The notes under the pieces: generated by a model
Told to the model about the DNA's origin: nothing
What the model saw: the letters and a program-made list of their open reading frames with translations, nothing else
Databases searched by the model: none
Translations under genes and position numbers: made by a program
In this document: positions 41,715 through 51,817 of the stretch, piece by piece
Layout: each line of letters starts with the position of its first letter
Numbering within the stretch: position 1 is the first letter of the stretch
Assembly (NCBI GenBank): GCA_943841495.1
Contig: CALSYL010000003.1
Coordinates: forward strand, 80,915 to 144,914
DNA: 64,000 bases
Origin: an uncultured bacterium
Lineage (GTDB): Bacteria; Fidelibacterota; Marinisomatia; Marinisomatales; Marinisomataceae
Direction of reading: 5' to 3'

Positions 41715-42437
41715 ATGTTTAATATTAGACTAGAAAATTTTGAAGGCCCATTAGATTTACTACTCTATTTTATTAAAAGAGATAAAATTGATATTTATGA
41801 TATTCCAATTACAGATATCACAAATGAATACATTCAGGTTATAGATGAAGCAAAAAAATTAGACGTATCTATAGCAGGAGAATTTTTATTTATGGCTTCT
41901 ATGTTACTTAGAATTAAAACTCAAATGCTTTTACCAAGAAAAATTGATGAAGAAGGATTAGATATCGATGATCCAAGAATTGATTTAGTTGCTCAATTGA
42001 TTGAATACAAGAAATATAGAGATATTGCACATCAGCTTAAAAACCTTCATGAAGATAATAAAGATTCATTTTTTAGGTCATCTGCTAAGGTTGTTTACGA
42101 TCAATCACCTGAAGTATCTGATTTTTTAAAAGAAGTTAGTCTATTTGATATTTCTAAGATTTTTAAGGATGCTATCGACAATGCTCCTGCCCAAGATTCT
42201 TTTAAAATTTATAAAGAAATAGTTTCGCTCAAAGAACAAAAAAATTTTATTATTGAAAGTTTTAAGGGAAATAAAGTTGTATCGCTAAAAAAAATAGTTA
42301 AAAAACTTGAAACAAAAATAGAAATAATTGTTACATTTCTTGCGCTATTAGAAATGATAAAACAATCAGAAATTTTATGTACTCAAAAGAAAATATTTCA
42401 AGATATCGAAATCAAATTAAATATTGCTGAAGCATGA
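41715..42437 (+). CDS. scpA: Segregation and condensation protein A (kleisin ScpA)
   Basis: N-terminal FEGPLDLLLYFIKRDKIDIYDIPI, C-terminal winged helix, and adjacency to scpB. Confidence 0.88.
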   Translation: MFNIRLENFEGPLDLLLYFIKRDKIDIYDIPITDITNEYIQVIDEAKKLDVSIAGEFLFMASMLLRIKTQMLLPRKIDEEGLDIDDPRIDLVAQLIEYKKYRDIAHQLKNLHEDNKDSFFRSSAKVVYDQSPEVSDFLKEVSLFDISKIFKDAIDNAPAQDSFKIYKEIVSLKEQKNFIIESFKGNKVVSLKKIVKKLETKIEIIVTFLALLEMIKQSEILCTQKKIFQDIEIKLNIAEA

Positions 42438-42964
42438 CAAAAAATCAACAGATTATTGAATCACTTTTCTTTGTTTCAACTACGCCATTAGAGCAAAAAG
42501 ATATTAATAAAGTGTTTGGAAAAGACAATCCTCCAAGTCTCGATGATGAAGTAAAGCATCTTAATAATTTGTATGAAAAAAGTTCATTTTATATTAAAGC
42601 TATAGGAAGTGGATTTATGATGGTTAGTAAAAAAGAGTTTGAACCTTTTATTTCTAATTTAATACCTTCAAAAAAACTTATGCTATCAAATGCAGCATTA
42701 GAAGTATTAGCGATCATTGTATATAAGCAACCAATTTCAAGAATTGATATTGAATCTATTAGAGGCGTAGATTGCAAGGGCGTTATCAAAAATCTTTTGT
42801 CTAAAAATCTTATCAAAATTCAAGGTAGAGAAGATACTATCGGTAAGGCATTATTGTATAAAACAACTGACGATTATTTAAAACATTTTGGTTTAAGTAA
42901 CTTAAAAGATATGCCAACACCAGACGAAGTTTCTGAATTAGTCGAATCTGATACCTTATCATAA
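42434..42964 (+). CDS. scpB: Segregation and condensation protein B
   Basis: IIESLFFVS..., LSNAALEVLAIIVYKQPISRIDIESIRGV and LYKTTDDYLKHFGL. Confidence 0.88.
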   Translation: MTKNQQIIESLFFVSTTPLEQKDINKVFGKDNPPSLDDEVKHLNNLYEKSSFYIKAIGSGFMMVSKKEFEPFISNLIPSKKLMLSNAALEVLAIIVYKQPISRIDIESIRGVDCKGVIKNLLSKNLIKIQGREDTIGKALLYKTTDDYLKHFGLSNLKDMPTPDEVSELVESDTLS

Positions 42965-42965
42965 T

Positions 42966-43676
42966 ATGAAACTATTTAAAGCGATATCGTCTTCAGGCGT
43001 ATTGTCCAGAAGAAAATCAATGGATGCTGTTAAAGAAGCTATGGTAACTGTGAATGGGAAACTTATCCTCGATCCTTCTTTTGAAATTAAAACTAATGAT
43101 GATGTGAGATTAGATAATCAAAAAATTAAACTTAATTCAGAATTAACAACTATTTTACTTAACAAGCCAACTGGATACCTATCTACAAAATCTGATGAAA
43201 AGAATAGAAAAACAATTTTTGATTTAATTCCGAAAAAGCCTCCACTTAATCATATAGGTAGACTAGATATGGATACTACTGGTGCAATACTATTAACCAA
43301 TGATGGTAATTTGGCACAATTTTTAATGCACCCAAAAAATAAGATTGAGAAAGAGTATATTGCAATTTCAGATCAATTTATTGATGATAAGACTATAAAT
43401 AAGGTACGAAAAGGAATTTTTATAGGTTCAGGTCAAAAAGGAAAAGCAAAAATAACTTCTCAAGAAAAACATAAAGGAAAAGTAGAAATACGACTAATTT
43501 TAAAACAGGGTAAAAAAAATGAAATTAGAAGAATTTTTAAATTTCTAGATTTGAATCTATTTTCTTTAAAAAGGCTAAGAATCGGAGAAATTAAGTTAGG
43601 TAATTTACCTATTGGTAGCTGGAGATTACTTTCAAAAAAAGAGCTTAGATATTTATCAACTTTGCAGTCAAAATAG
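42966..43676 (+). CDS. RsuA/RluB-family pseudouridine synthase
   Basis: Catalytic motif GRLDMDTTGAILLTNDG, KEY, and an S4-like N-terminus. Confidence 0.85.
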   Translation: MKLFKAISSSGVLSRRKSMDAVKEAMVTVNGKLILDPSFEIKTNDDVRLDNQKIKLNSELTTILLNKPTGYLSTKSDEKNRKTIFDLIPKKPPLNHIGRLDMDTTGAILLTNDGNLAQFLMHPKNKIEKEYIAISDQFIDDKTINKVRKGIFIGSGQKGKAKITSQEKHKGKVEIRLILKQGKKNEIRRIFKFLDLNLFSLKRLRIGEIKLGNLPIGSWRLLSKKELRYLSTLQSK

Positions 43677-43734
43677 TATAATCTTAAACATCTTGGTATT
43701 TGTCTAAAGAAAAACTAACTTTCTGAGCATTTTT

Positions 43735-44391
43735 ATGGTTATTACTATTGATGGAGCCGCAGGCGTTGGTAAGACAACAACTGCTAAAGAGTTAGCTAAA
43801 GAGCTAGGGTATCAATATTTTGATACTGGTGCAATGTATAGAGCAGTAACGTTCTATTTTTTAGCTGAAGGGGTAGATTTGCAAAAATCTAGCAACATAA
43901 GTGAATCACTTAAAGCCATGAATCTGCGAATTGATTTTTTATCTGGAAATGAAATGATTTTATTCCTTGATGAAAAAGATATTAGCTTGAAAATTCGTAA
44001 TCAAAAAGTTACTAGCTATGTAAGTGAAGTAAGCGCTTTGAAAGAAGTTAGAGAAATGATGGTTTCTATTCAAAGGACTACCACTGAAAAAGGTAATTTT
44101 ATAGTTGAAGGAAGAGATATAGGTTCTGTAGTATTTCCTGATGCAAAATATAAATTTTATCTAACCGCAGATTATGATATTAGAGCAAAAAGAAGGTTGG
44201 CTGATTTTGAAAAAATAAATGAAGCCAAAAATATTAACAAAATTAAAGAGGATTTGATTGTAAGAGATAAGTACGATAGTAATCGTAAACTATCTCCATT
44301 AAAAAAACCTGATGGTGCTATAATAATTGACACCTCAGAATGTTCAATTAAAGAGCAAGTAAACCAAATTCTTAAACACATAGAGAGATAA
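43735..44391 (+). CDS. cmk: Cytidylate kinase
   Basis: P-loop ITIDGAAGVGKTTTAKELA, DTGAMYR and GRDIGSVVFPDA. Confidence 0.9.
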   Translation: MVITIDGAAGVGKTTTAKELAKELGYQYFDTGAMYRAVTFYFLAEGVDLQKSSNISESLKAMNLRIDFLSGNEMILFLDEKDISLKIRNQKVTSYVSEVSALKEVREMMVSIQRTTTEKGNFIVEGRDIGSVVFPDAKYKFYLTADYDIRAKRRLADFEKINEAKNINKIKEDLIVRDKYDSNRKLSPLKKPDGAIIIDTSECSIKEQVNQILKHIER

Positions 44392-44392
44392 A

Positions 44393-46195
44393 ATGAACGA
44401 TAAATTAGAAACCAAAGAAGTAGAAAATATTCAAGAAACTGTAGCAGATGAGAGTGTTGAAGTAGAAACAGCGACAGAAGAAAAATCTGTTGAAATTGCA
44501 CCTGAAGTAGATACAAAAGAGGTCAAAGAAATAACCTCAATTAAAAAAATTAAAGATTATTTAAGTAAGGACTTATTTGCTGATATCAAAAGAATATCAT
44601 TTACCGATGATGCTAATTCTTCAGATGATTCTAAGGATTTATTGTCCGAAGAATATCAAGGAACATTCAATGATATTTCTGAAAATCAGATTATATCAGC
44701 AAAAGTGATAGGAATTAGTGACAGCGATGTAATGGTGGATATTGGATTTAAGTCAGAAGGATTAATTAATCGTTCAGAATTTGACAATAAAGATCTTCCA
44801 GAAATTGGTTCTAACATTGATATATTTTTAGAAAAGTTTGAAGATACTGATGGTAATATTACTCTTTCAAAATATAAAGCAGATTTTATCAAACGTTGGG
44901 ATGAATTGAAACATTTTTGCGATAATGCTGAGCCAGTTAAAGGTAAAGTTATTAAAAGAGTTAAGGGTGGTCTTGTTGTTGATCTTGGAGTTATACAAGC
45001 CTTCTTACCAGGTTCTCAGGCTGATGTCCAACCAATTAAAAACTTTGACGATTTAATTAATCAAGAATTTGATTTTCAAATCGTTAAAGTTGACGAAATG
45101 AGAAAAAATTTAGTGGTTTCTAGAAAAGCTATACTTGAAGAATCTCTGAATGAAAAAAGACAGGAATTAATGACAACAATTGAGGTGGGAGCTTCATTGC
45201 AAGGTGTCGTTAAAAATATTACTGATTTCGGTGCTTTTGTTGATCTTGGAGGAGTTGATGGCTTAATTCATATAACAGATTTTTCATGGGGAAGAATCAA
45301 TCATCCATCAGAAATAGTATCTATTGGTGACGAAATTACTGTACAAGTTATTGATTTTAACAAAGAGACATCTAGAATTTCTCTTGGGTTAAAACAGCTT
45401 GTAGATAATCCATGGGAAACAATTCCTGATAAATATAAAGTTGGGGATGTTGTAAAAGGCAATATCGTAAGTATTATGAATTATGGAATTTTCATTGAAA
45501 TTGAAAAAGGAATTGAAGGCTTAATTCATATATCTGAAATTTCTTGGACAAAAAATGTTCAAAATTTGCAAGATACTTACAAAGTTGGTGACTCTATTGA
45601 ATCAAAAGTTTTATTTGTTGATGCAAAAGAGCAAAAAATTAGCTTAGGTATCAAGCAGCTTTCTGATGATCCATGGAAAACAATTACCGACCATGTTAAG
45701 ATTGGAGACAAGAAATCTGGTACTGTTAATAAGGTTACTAAATTTGGAGCTTTTGTTTCATTAACAGATGAATTAGAAGGGTTTGTAAGAACCACAGATT
45801 TTCATTGGACAAAAAATCCATCTCATCCGAAAGAATTTGTAAATGAAGGTGAAACTCTTGAATATACAGTATTAGATATTCTTGAAAAAGAAAGGAAAGT
45901 TCTATTAAGTGTTAAAGACTTAGTTGAAAATCCATGGTCCGATATTGAATCAAAATTTAATTCAGGTGATAAATTATTAAGTTCATTTGAAAGGATGAAT
46001 GATTCAGGAGTTATTGTTAAGTTACAAGATGATATTGAAGGTTTTATCCCTATGAGCAAAATATCTAAGGAACAAAAAAAAGATGTTATCGGTTCACTTA
46101 ATGAGGGTGATAACTTAGATGTGCTTGTAGTTGAGGTGAAAGCTGATGATAAAAATATTACCTTGATGCTTGATGATACAAATGTTAACGATTAA
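44393..46195 (+). CDS. rpsA: 30S ribosomal protein S1 (acidic N-terminal extension plus six S1 domains)
   Basis: Repeated S1 modules (G.V..I...GAFVDLGGVDGLIHISE-type). cmk-rpsA synteny. Confidence 0.93.
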   Translation: MNDKLETKEVENIQETVADESVEVETATEEKSVEIAPEVDTKEVKEITSIKKIKDYLSKDLFADIKRISFTDDANSSDDSKDLLSEEYQGTFNDISENQIISAKVIGISDSDVMVDIGFKSEGLINRSEFDNKDLPEIGSNIDIFLEKFEDTDGNITLSKYKADFIKRWDELKHFCDNAEPVKGKVIKRVKGGLVVDLGVIQAFLPGSQADVQPIKNFDDLINQEFDFQIVKVDEMRKNLVVSRKAILEESLNEKRQELMTTIEVGASLQGVVKNITDFGAFVDLGGVDGLIHITDFSWGRINHPSEIVSIGDEITVQVIDFNKETSRISLGLKQLVDNPWETIPDKYKVGDVVKGNIVSIMNYGIFIEIEKGIEGLIHISEISWTKNVQNLQDTYKVGDSIESKVLFVDAKEQKISLGIKQLSDDPWKTITDHVKIGDKKSGTVNKVTKFGAFVSLTDELEGFVRTTDFHWTKNPSHPKEFVNEGETLEYTVLDILEKERKVLLSVKDLVENPWSDIESKFNSGDKLLSSFERMNDSGVIVKLQDDIEGFIPMSKISKEQKKDVIGSLNEGDNLDVLVVEVKADDKNITLMLDDTNVND

Positions 46196-47144
46196 TACCA
46201 GAAAATTTAAAAGAGTTTCATACTCTTTTTTAATAGCTTTTGTTTTTTGGTTTTTCATTAAAAGTGAAGACACATATTCTGTGAATACTAATATTCCCTT
46301 GGTAGCTAGAAATCTTCAAGAGCAAAAAACATATAAAGAAGAAGTCCCTGAGAGAATATTTGTTACTTTGAAAGGCACTGGAAGATCTTTTATCTGGTTA
46401 AGACTTTTTAATAGTTTTTATGAAGAAGATTTTAAAGCTGTAATTGATTTAAGTAGTATTACTGACGAATATGATTTTGAACTCGATTCATATTACAAAG
46501 AAAATCCAGAAAAAATTGTGCTACCTGAAGCTTTAGATCTTCAATTTGTTGAAGTTTTATCTCCAAGAAATGTTCAAATTAAGCTTCAAAGATATCTAGT
46601 TAAAAAAGTACCTATTAAATCACAAATACTTAGTTTTACAGAACCTGGGTATATTGCTTTAGAAGGAATTTTTACTCCTGATTCAATTAGTATTGGTGGA
46701 CCTGAAGAAGCTGTAAATGCTATTAAATTTGTAAAAACTGAGAAAGATACATTATTAAATTTAATCTCTTCTGTTGAAGATGATTGGTCAATATTAAATC
46801 CAAATAAGCTTGTCAATTATGATCCTAAAAAGGTTACTGGTTTTATTAACGTTCAACCAATTAGCGAAACTATTGTAACAGGTATTCCAGTTCAGCTTAT
46901 CAATAAGCCAAACGATGTAAATGTTTTTGTTAATCCTGCAACAGTTGCATTAACAATTGTTGGAGGCCTCGATCAAATTGCAAATATACTTCCAACTGAT
47001 ATTGATGTTGTAATTGATTTTTCATTATGGAATTCTGATAAACAATTTTATTCACCTAAGATTAATCTACCGGAATATCTAATAGAGTGGAAAGATTTAT
47101 CTCCAAGCAATTTAGAGATTCTAGTCATTAAAGAAATTAATTGA
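46170..47144 (+). CDS. YbbR-like domain membrane protein (tentative)
   Basis: N-terminal TM followed by repeated ~80-aa units with I.GP...V..I motifs (SISIGGPEEAVNAIKFV). The start is ambiguous among clustered ATGs at 46170-46182. Confidence 0.45.
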   Translation: MMIQMLTINTRKFKRVSYSFLIAFVFWFFIKSEDTYSVNTNIPLVARNLQEQKTYKEEVPERIFVTLKGTGRSFIWLRLFNSFYEEDFKAVIDLSSITDEYDFELDSYYKENPEKIVLPEALDLQFVEVLSPRNVQIKLQRYLVKKVPIKSQILSFTEPGYIALEGIFTPDSISIGGPEEAVNAIKFVKTEKDTLLNLISSVEDDWSILNPNKLVNYDPKKVTGFINVQPISETIVTGIPVQLINKPNDVNVFVNPATVALTIVGGLDQIANILPTDIDVVIDFSLWNSDKQFYSPKINLPEYLIEWKDLSPSNLEILVIKEIN

Positions 47145-48115
47145 TTATACTTGGAATAGAAACATCTTGCGATGAAACAGGAGTCGCTCTTTGTAGCGAC
47201 TTTAAAATTCTATCAAGTTTTACTAAAACACAATCTATACATCAACAGTATGGAGGAGTTGTACCTGAAATTGCATCAAGAGAACATGAAAAATATCTTC
47301 CTGGCATAACAAAAAAAGTTTTAAAAGATGCAAATATTGAACTAAAAGATATTGACGCTATCGCAGTAACAAATGGACCTGGATTGATGGGCTCATTATT
47401 ATCCGGAATAAGTTTTGCTAAAGGTATTTCATTCGGATTAGATATCCCAATTATTCCAATAAATCATTTAGAAGCACATTTGAATTCAGTATTTATAGAA
47501 CATGAAGAGCTCGAACCTCCATTTATTAACTTATTAGTTTCCGGAGGACATACTCAACTTTGGTTGGTAAAAAATATGTTCGATTATGAACTTCTTGGCG
47601 AAACATTAGATGATGCATGCGGTGAGGCTTTTGATAAAGGAGCCAAAAAGTTAAATTTAAATTATCCCGGTGGTCCTGAAATAGAAAAACTATCAATTTC
47701 AGGAGATAAGAGCATAATTAATTTTCCTAGGCCGATGATTAATGATCAGTCATTTAATTTCAGTTTTAGTGGTCTTAAAACTTCATTGATAAATTGCGTT
47801 AATAAAAATAAATATAATTATGATGATATTGCTGCCAGCTATCAAGAAGCATTAGTAGATACATTAATTGCCAAGTTTAATAAGGCTATGGATAGTTATT
47901 CAATTAAATCTGGTATAATTTGCGGCGGAGTTGCTGCTAATAAACGTTTAAGAGAAAAATTGGATAAGCTAGATAAAAATATTATTTATCCTTCAATGAA
48001 GTATTGCACTGACAATGCAGATATGATAGCTTATTTAGCAGAGCATAAAATCAAAAATAATAAAGTTGATTTAAAAAAAGATTTTAGTGCTTATTCGAGA
48101 GGAATGGTGTACTAG
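47141..48115 (+). CDS. tsaD: tRNA N6-adenosine threonylcarbamoyltransferase TsaD
   Basis: ILGIETSCDETGVAL, the metal site INHLEAH and LLVSGGHTQL. TTG start. Confidence 0.92.
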   Translation: MIILGIETSCDETGVALCSDFKILSSFTKTQSIHQQYGGVVPEIASREHEKYLPGITKKVLKDANIELKDIDAIAVTNGPGLMGSLLSGISFAKGISFGLDIPIIPINHLEAHLNSVFIEHEELEPPFINLLVSGGHTQLWLVKNMFDYELLGETLDDACGEAFDKGAKKLNLNYPGGPEIEKLSISGDKSIINFPRPMINDQSFNFSFSGLKTSLINCVNKNKYNYDDIAASYQEALVDTLIAKFNKAMDSYSIKSGIICGGVAANKRLREKLDKLDKNIIYPSMKYCTDNADMIAYLAEHKIKNNKVDLKKDFSAYSRGMVY

Positions 48116-48117
48116 TC

Positions 48118-49329
48118 ATGCTTCTAAAAAAATCTTATTTGTTTGGCATATCTATTTTTGTAGCTATTGCTTCAGCAATCTACATTAATTTTTTATCTTT
48201 AAATATCAATGAAGATAAGATTGAAGAAAAAAAAATTGAAAATGAGATCAAGCTTGAGACGTTTGAAGAGGGTGTAGATGTATCAATTGAAAATGTCATA
48301 ATATATCCAAATCAATATGATAAAAATTCAATTTATATTGATACTGAAATTTTGAATATTAATGGAGAAGGAAATGTTCAAATAGCATTAACAAATGACA
48401 ACAATTTAGTTGCATCGAGCGAAGTTTTTTTAAAAAAAAATAAATCAAATATTTCTCAATCATTTCTTATTTCTGACAATATAGACTTCAATAAAGATTT
48501 TGAGATTAGTATCTCTGCTATAAATTCTGAAAAAGATATTTCTAACAATAGATATTCCTTTAGAAGTTCTTTAAAAATTCAAAAGCCTAAAGTCGCTATT
48601 TTGACTGGAAAATTAAATTTTTATACTCCATTTATTCTAGATAATATTAATGCTGATTTTTCGCATTATTATCCTAATCCGCTAAATGGGGATTTTGATA
48701 TAACAAATTTCTGGTTTAATAATTATGATATTATTATTCTAGATAACTTTCCAATCAAACCAGTATCAGATAAGTGGCTTAAACTTTTTTTAAAGAAAAT
48801 TTATAGTGATAAAAGTTCGCTAATTATTAATTCTAATCTTGAAAAAGATTTCGTTTCACTAGAAAATTTTTTGCCAATATTTGGTTTGAAATTAAAAAAT
48901 GAGAGTGAGCTTCAAGCTTTACAAGGATTTACAAGATTTTCTAAAGACTCTTTTAAATCTTCACTTATTTTGACAGATGATTTTTATAATTTATCAAAAA
49001 ATAATTTAGAAGATTTTCGGGAAACAGTTGAGTGGATTTTATTGGATAGCGATGTAAAGTATTCTTTTTTTCTTGGGAGTAAAAATAATACAATCGATAA
49101 ACAGCTTTTATTATACGGATATTCAAATGTTCTTGATAGCGATATACAAAATTTAAGTGCTCAAATATTCAAAGATCGACAAATAATAGAAGATTTCAAG
49201 TTGTTATATAATCCAATTTCAGGATACTATTTTAGTGGAGTACAATTTCAAGAATATGGAGAATATCTAATAAATATTATGAATGGAAGCAAATTAATTG
49301 ATACTATAAATGTTAATTTATATGATTAA
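48118..49329 (+). CDS. Hypothetical N-terminally anchored protein (403 aa)
   Basis: A clean ORF in the operon context tsaD-(this)-serS with a single N-terminal TM. I recognise no motif. Confidence 0.5.
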   Translation: MLLKKSYLFGISIFVAIASAIYINFLSLNINEDKIEEKKIENEIKLETFEEGVDVSIENVIIYPNQYDKNSIYIDTEILNINGEGNVQIALTNDNNLVASSEVFLKKNKSNISQSFLISDNIDFNKDFEISISAINSEKDISNNRYSFRSSLKIQKPKVAILTGKLNFYTPFILDNINADFSHYYPNPLNGDFDITNFWFNNYDIIILDNFPIKPVSDKWLKLFLKKIYSDKSSLIINSNLEKDFVSLENFLPIFGLKLKNESELQALQGFTRFSKDSFKSSLILTDDFYNLSKNNLEDFRETVEWILLDSDVKYSFFLGSKNNTIDKQLLLYGYSNVLDSDIQNLSAQIFKDRQIIEDFKLLYNPISGYYFSGVQFQEYGEYLINIMNGSKLIDTINVNLYD

Positions 49330-49346
49330 TTGAGTAAATTAATAAA

Positions 49347-50612
49347 ATGTTAGACATTAAAAAAATTAGAAAAAATAGCGAAGCCGTAAAAAAATCGCTT
49401 ATTAGAAAAGATAAGAATTTATCGATTGATAATATATTAAGCCTAGATAATGATCTAAAGTCTTTAACTACCAAGCTTAATGATCTTCAGGCTGAACAAA
49501 ATAGCAAGTCTAAAGAAGTAGGTATTTTGAAATCTAAGGGAGAATCTGCTGAGCTTGTTTTTAAAGATTTAAAAACTTTGTCTGATAAAATAAAAGATTT
49601 AGAAAAAGAACAAAGAGAGCTCTCATCTAATTTAAAAAATGCTTTATTGGAGATACCTAATACTCCTCATGAAACTTCCCCTGATGGAATATCTGAAAAA
49701 GATAATGTTATAGTTTCTGAACATGGAACCAAAAAAGATTTTAAGTTTGAAATAAAAGATCATATTGAGCTTGGTAGAGAGCTAGACATCCTCGATTTTG
49801 AAGTAGCAGCTAAAATTTCTGGTAGTGGATTCCCTTTATATAAAGGTGATGGCGCTTTATTAGAAAGAGCTTTAATCAACTTTATGATAGATTATCATCT
49901 AAAAAACTTCAACTACACAGAATTCTTTACTCCATATTTAGTCAAGCCTGAATCTGCAATTACAACAGGTCAACTACCAAAATTTTCTGAAGATATGTAT
50001 CATATTGAAAAAGATAATTTATTCTTAATTCCAACTGCTGAAGTATCTTTAACAAATATTCATAAGGATGATATTTTAAAAGTTGAAGATTTGCCAAAAT
50101 ATTATCTTGGATATTCAAGCTGCTTTAGAAGAGAAGCGGGTTCTTATGGAAAAGATACAAGAGGCCTTCTAAGAGTGCATCAATTTAATAAGGTTGAATT
50201 AGTAAAATTTGTAGAACCTAAAAACTCTTATCAAGAATTAGAGTCTTTGGTTAAGCAAGCAACAAATATTCTTGAATTATTGGAGTTAAATTATCGAACA
50301 ATTGAATTATGTACAGGCGATTTAAGTTTTGCTGCAGCTAAATGTTTTGATTTAGAAGTGTGGTCGCCAGGAGAGAAAAAATGGCTAGAAGTGTCATCAT
50401 GTAGCAATTTTGAAGACTTTCAGTCTAGAAGAGGAAATATTAGATATAAAAATAATGATGGTAAGCTTGACTTTGTTCATACATTAAACGGTTCAGGCTT
50501 AGCAACTCCAAGAATTTTTGCAGCTTTTATAGAAACTCACCAAAATGAAGATGGTACTATAAGTATTCCAGACTGTCTACAACCTTTCATAGGAAAATCG
50601 GAGATAAAATAA
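49347..50612 (+). CDS. serS: Seryl-tRNA synthetase
   Basis: N-terminal coiled-coil arm and class II motifs TGQLPKF, FRREAGS and GSGLATPR. Confidence 0.95.
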   Translation: MLDIKKIRKNSEAVKKSLIRKDKNLSIDNILSLDNDLKSLTTKLNDLQAEQNSKSKEVGILKSKGESAELVFKDLKTLSDKIKDLEKEQRELSSNLKNALLEIPNTPHETSPDGISEKDNVIVSEHGTKKDFKFEIKDHIELGRELDILDFEVAAKISGSGFPLYKGDGALLERALINFMIDYHLKNFNYTEFFTPYLVKPESAITTGQLPKFSEDMYHIEKDNLFLIPTAEVSLTNIHKDDILKVEDLPKYYLGYSSCFRREAGSYGKDTRGLLRVHQFNKVELVKFVEPKNSYQELESLVKQATNILELLELNYRTIELCTGDLSFAAAKCFDLEVWSPGEKKWLEVSSCSNFEDFQSRRGNIRYKNNDGKLDFVHTLNGSGLATPRIFAAFIETHQNEDGTISIPDCLQPFIGKSEIK

Positions 50613-51314
50613 TTGCGAATAATATGGATTTATTTAAATCTCATTTTATGGACACTTCTTTTTGGGCTTAGCTCATTTATTGTAATTTCAATTTCAGGAA
50701 GAAAGAATCTTTTTAAATTTTTTGGAATTATTTGGGGCAAGACTTTATCCTTAATTTTTAATATCAAGCTTATTGTCAAAGGTGAAAATAATTTGTCGAG
50801 CGATATAAATTATATATTTTCAGCAAATCACGCTTCATTAATTGATATTCCTTTATTATTAATTGCAACAAACCGATATACAGTATTTATTGCGAAAAAT
50901 GAATTAAGCAAGATCCCTATTTTTAAATCTATCTTAGATAAAGCTGGATTTATATTTGTTGATCGAAAAAATAGTAATAGTGCGATTGAATCAATGCACA
51001 ATCTTAGCATTGATATTAAAAAAAATCCAAGATCTATTGCAGTTTTTCCAGAAGGCACACGCACAAAAGATGGAAGTTTGAAAGAATTTAAAAAAGGAGC
51101 TAGCGTGTTAAGTTTAAATACAAAAATATCAATTGTACCAGTAGCAATATCTGGTAGCTTTAAGTGGTCTCAAAAAAAATTATTTGATTTTTCTAGTAGT
51201 ACAATTATTATAGAATTTGGTAAACCTATTAATCCAGAAAATTTTTCTTATGAAAAAAGAGAAGAATTAACAAATTTAACCAAAACTAATATTAAAAAAA
51301 TGATAAGAGCTTGA
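50613..51314 (+). CDS. plsC: 1-acyl-sn-glycerol-3-phosphate acyltransferase
   Basis: Acyltransferase motifs NHASLIDI (HX4D) and FPEGTRT. TTG start directly after the serS stop. Confidence 0.85.
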   Translation: MRIIWIYLNLILWTLLFGLSSFIVISISGRKNLFKFFGIIWGKTLSLIFNIKLIVKGENNLSSDINYIFSANHASLIDIPLLLIATNRYTVFIAKNELSKIPIFKSILDKAGFIFVDRKNSNSAIESMHNLSIDIKKNPRSIAVFPEGTRTKDGSLKEFKKGASVLSLNTKISIVPVAISGSFKWSQKKLFDFSSSTIIIEFGKPINPENFSYEKREELTNLTKTNIKKMIRA

Positions 51315-51315
51315 C

Positions 51316-51783
51316 ATGAAATATATAATTAAAAATAATTTAGAAAATATCCGTGCTTTGAAAAAAGAATCAAAAAAAATAGTTTTTACTAATGGATGTT
51401 TTGACTTATTACATGTTGGGCATGTTAGATATTTATCAATGGCAAAGGAGTTAGGAGATTATTTAATTGTTGGTTTGAATTCAGATCAATCCGTTAAGAA
51501 GCTTAAAGGTAAAAATAGACCTATCAATATCTTTGAAGATAGAGCAAAATTATTAATGGCACTAACCTCTGTTGATTTAGTTTTAATATTTGAGGAACAA
51601 ACGCCCAGAAATCTGATAAAAGAAATACTGCCAGATATTCTCGTTAAGGGTGGTGATTATAAAATTGAGGAGATTGTAGGTTCAAATATCGTAATTAGAA
51701 ATGGTGGAAAAGTGGAGATACTTCAGTTTCATGAAGGTTATAGTAGCTCAAATTACATTGGTAAAATAAAAACACTCACTTGA
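51316..51783 (+). CDS. hldC: D-glycero-beta-D-manno-heptose-1-phosphate adenylyltransferase (RfaE domain II / HldC; cytidylyltransferase fold)
   Basis: FTNGCFDLLHVGHVRYL (HxGH nucleotidyltransferase motif) and a size of 155 aa. Confidence 0.8.
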   Translation: MKYIIKNNLENIRALKKESKKIVFTNGCFDLLHVGHVRYLSMAKELGDYLIVGLNSDQSVKKLKGKNRPINIFEDRAKLLMALTSVDLVLIFEEQTPRNLIKEILPDILVKGGDYKIEEIVGSNIVIRNGGKVEILQFHEGYSSSNYIGKIKTLT

Positions 51784-51817
51784 TTATCAGATTTATTACA
51801 AATAATTTCACGACTTT

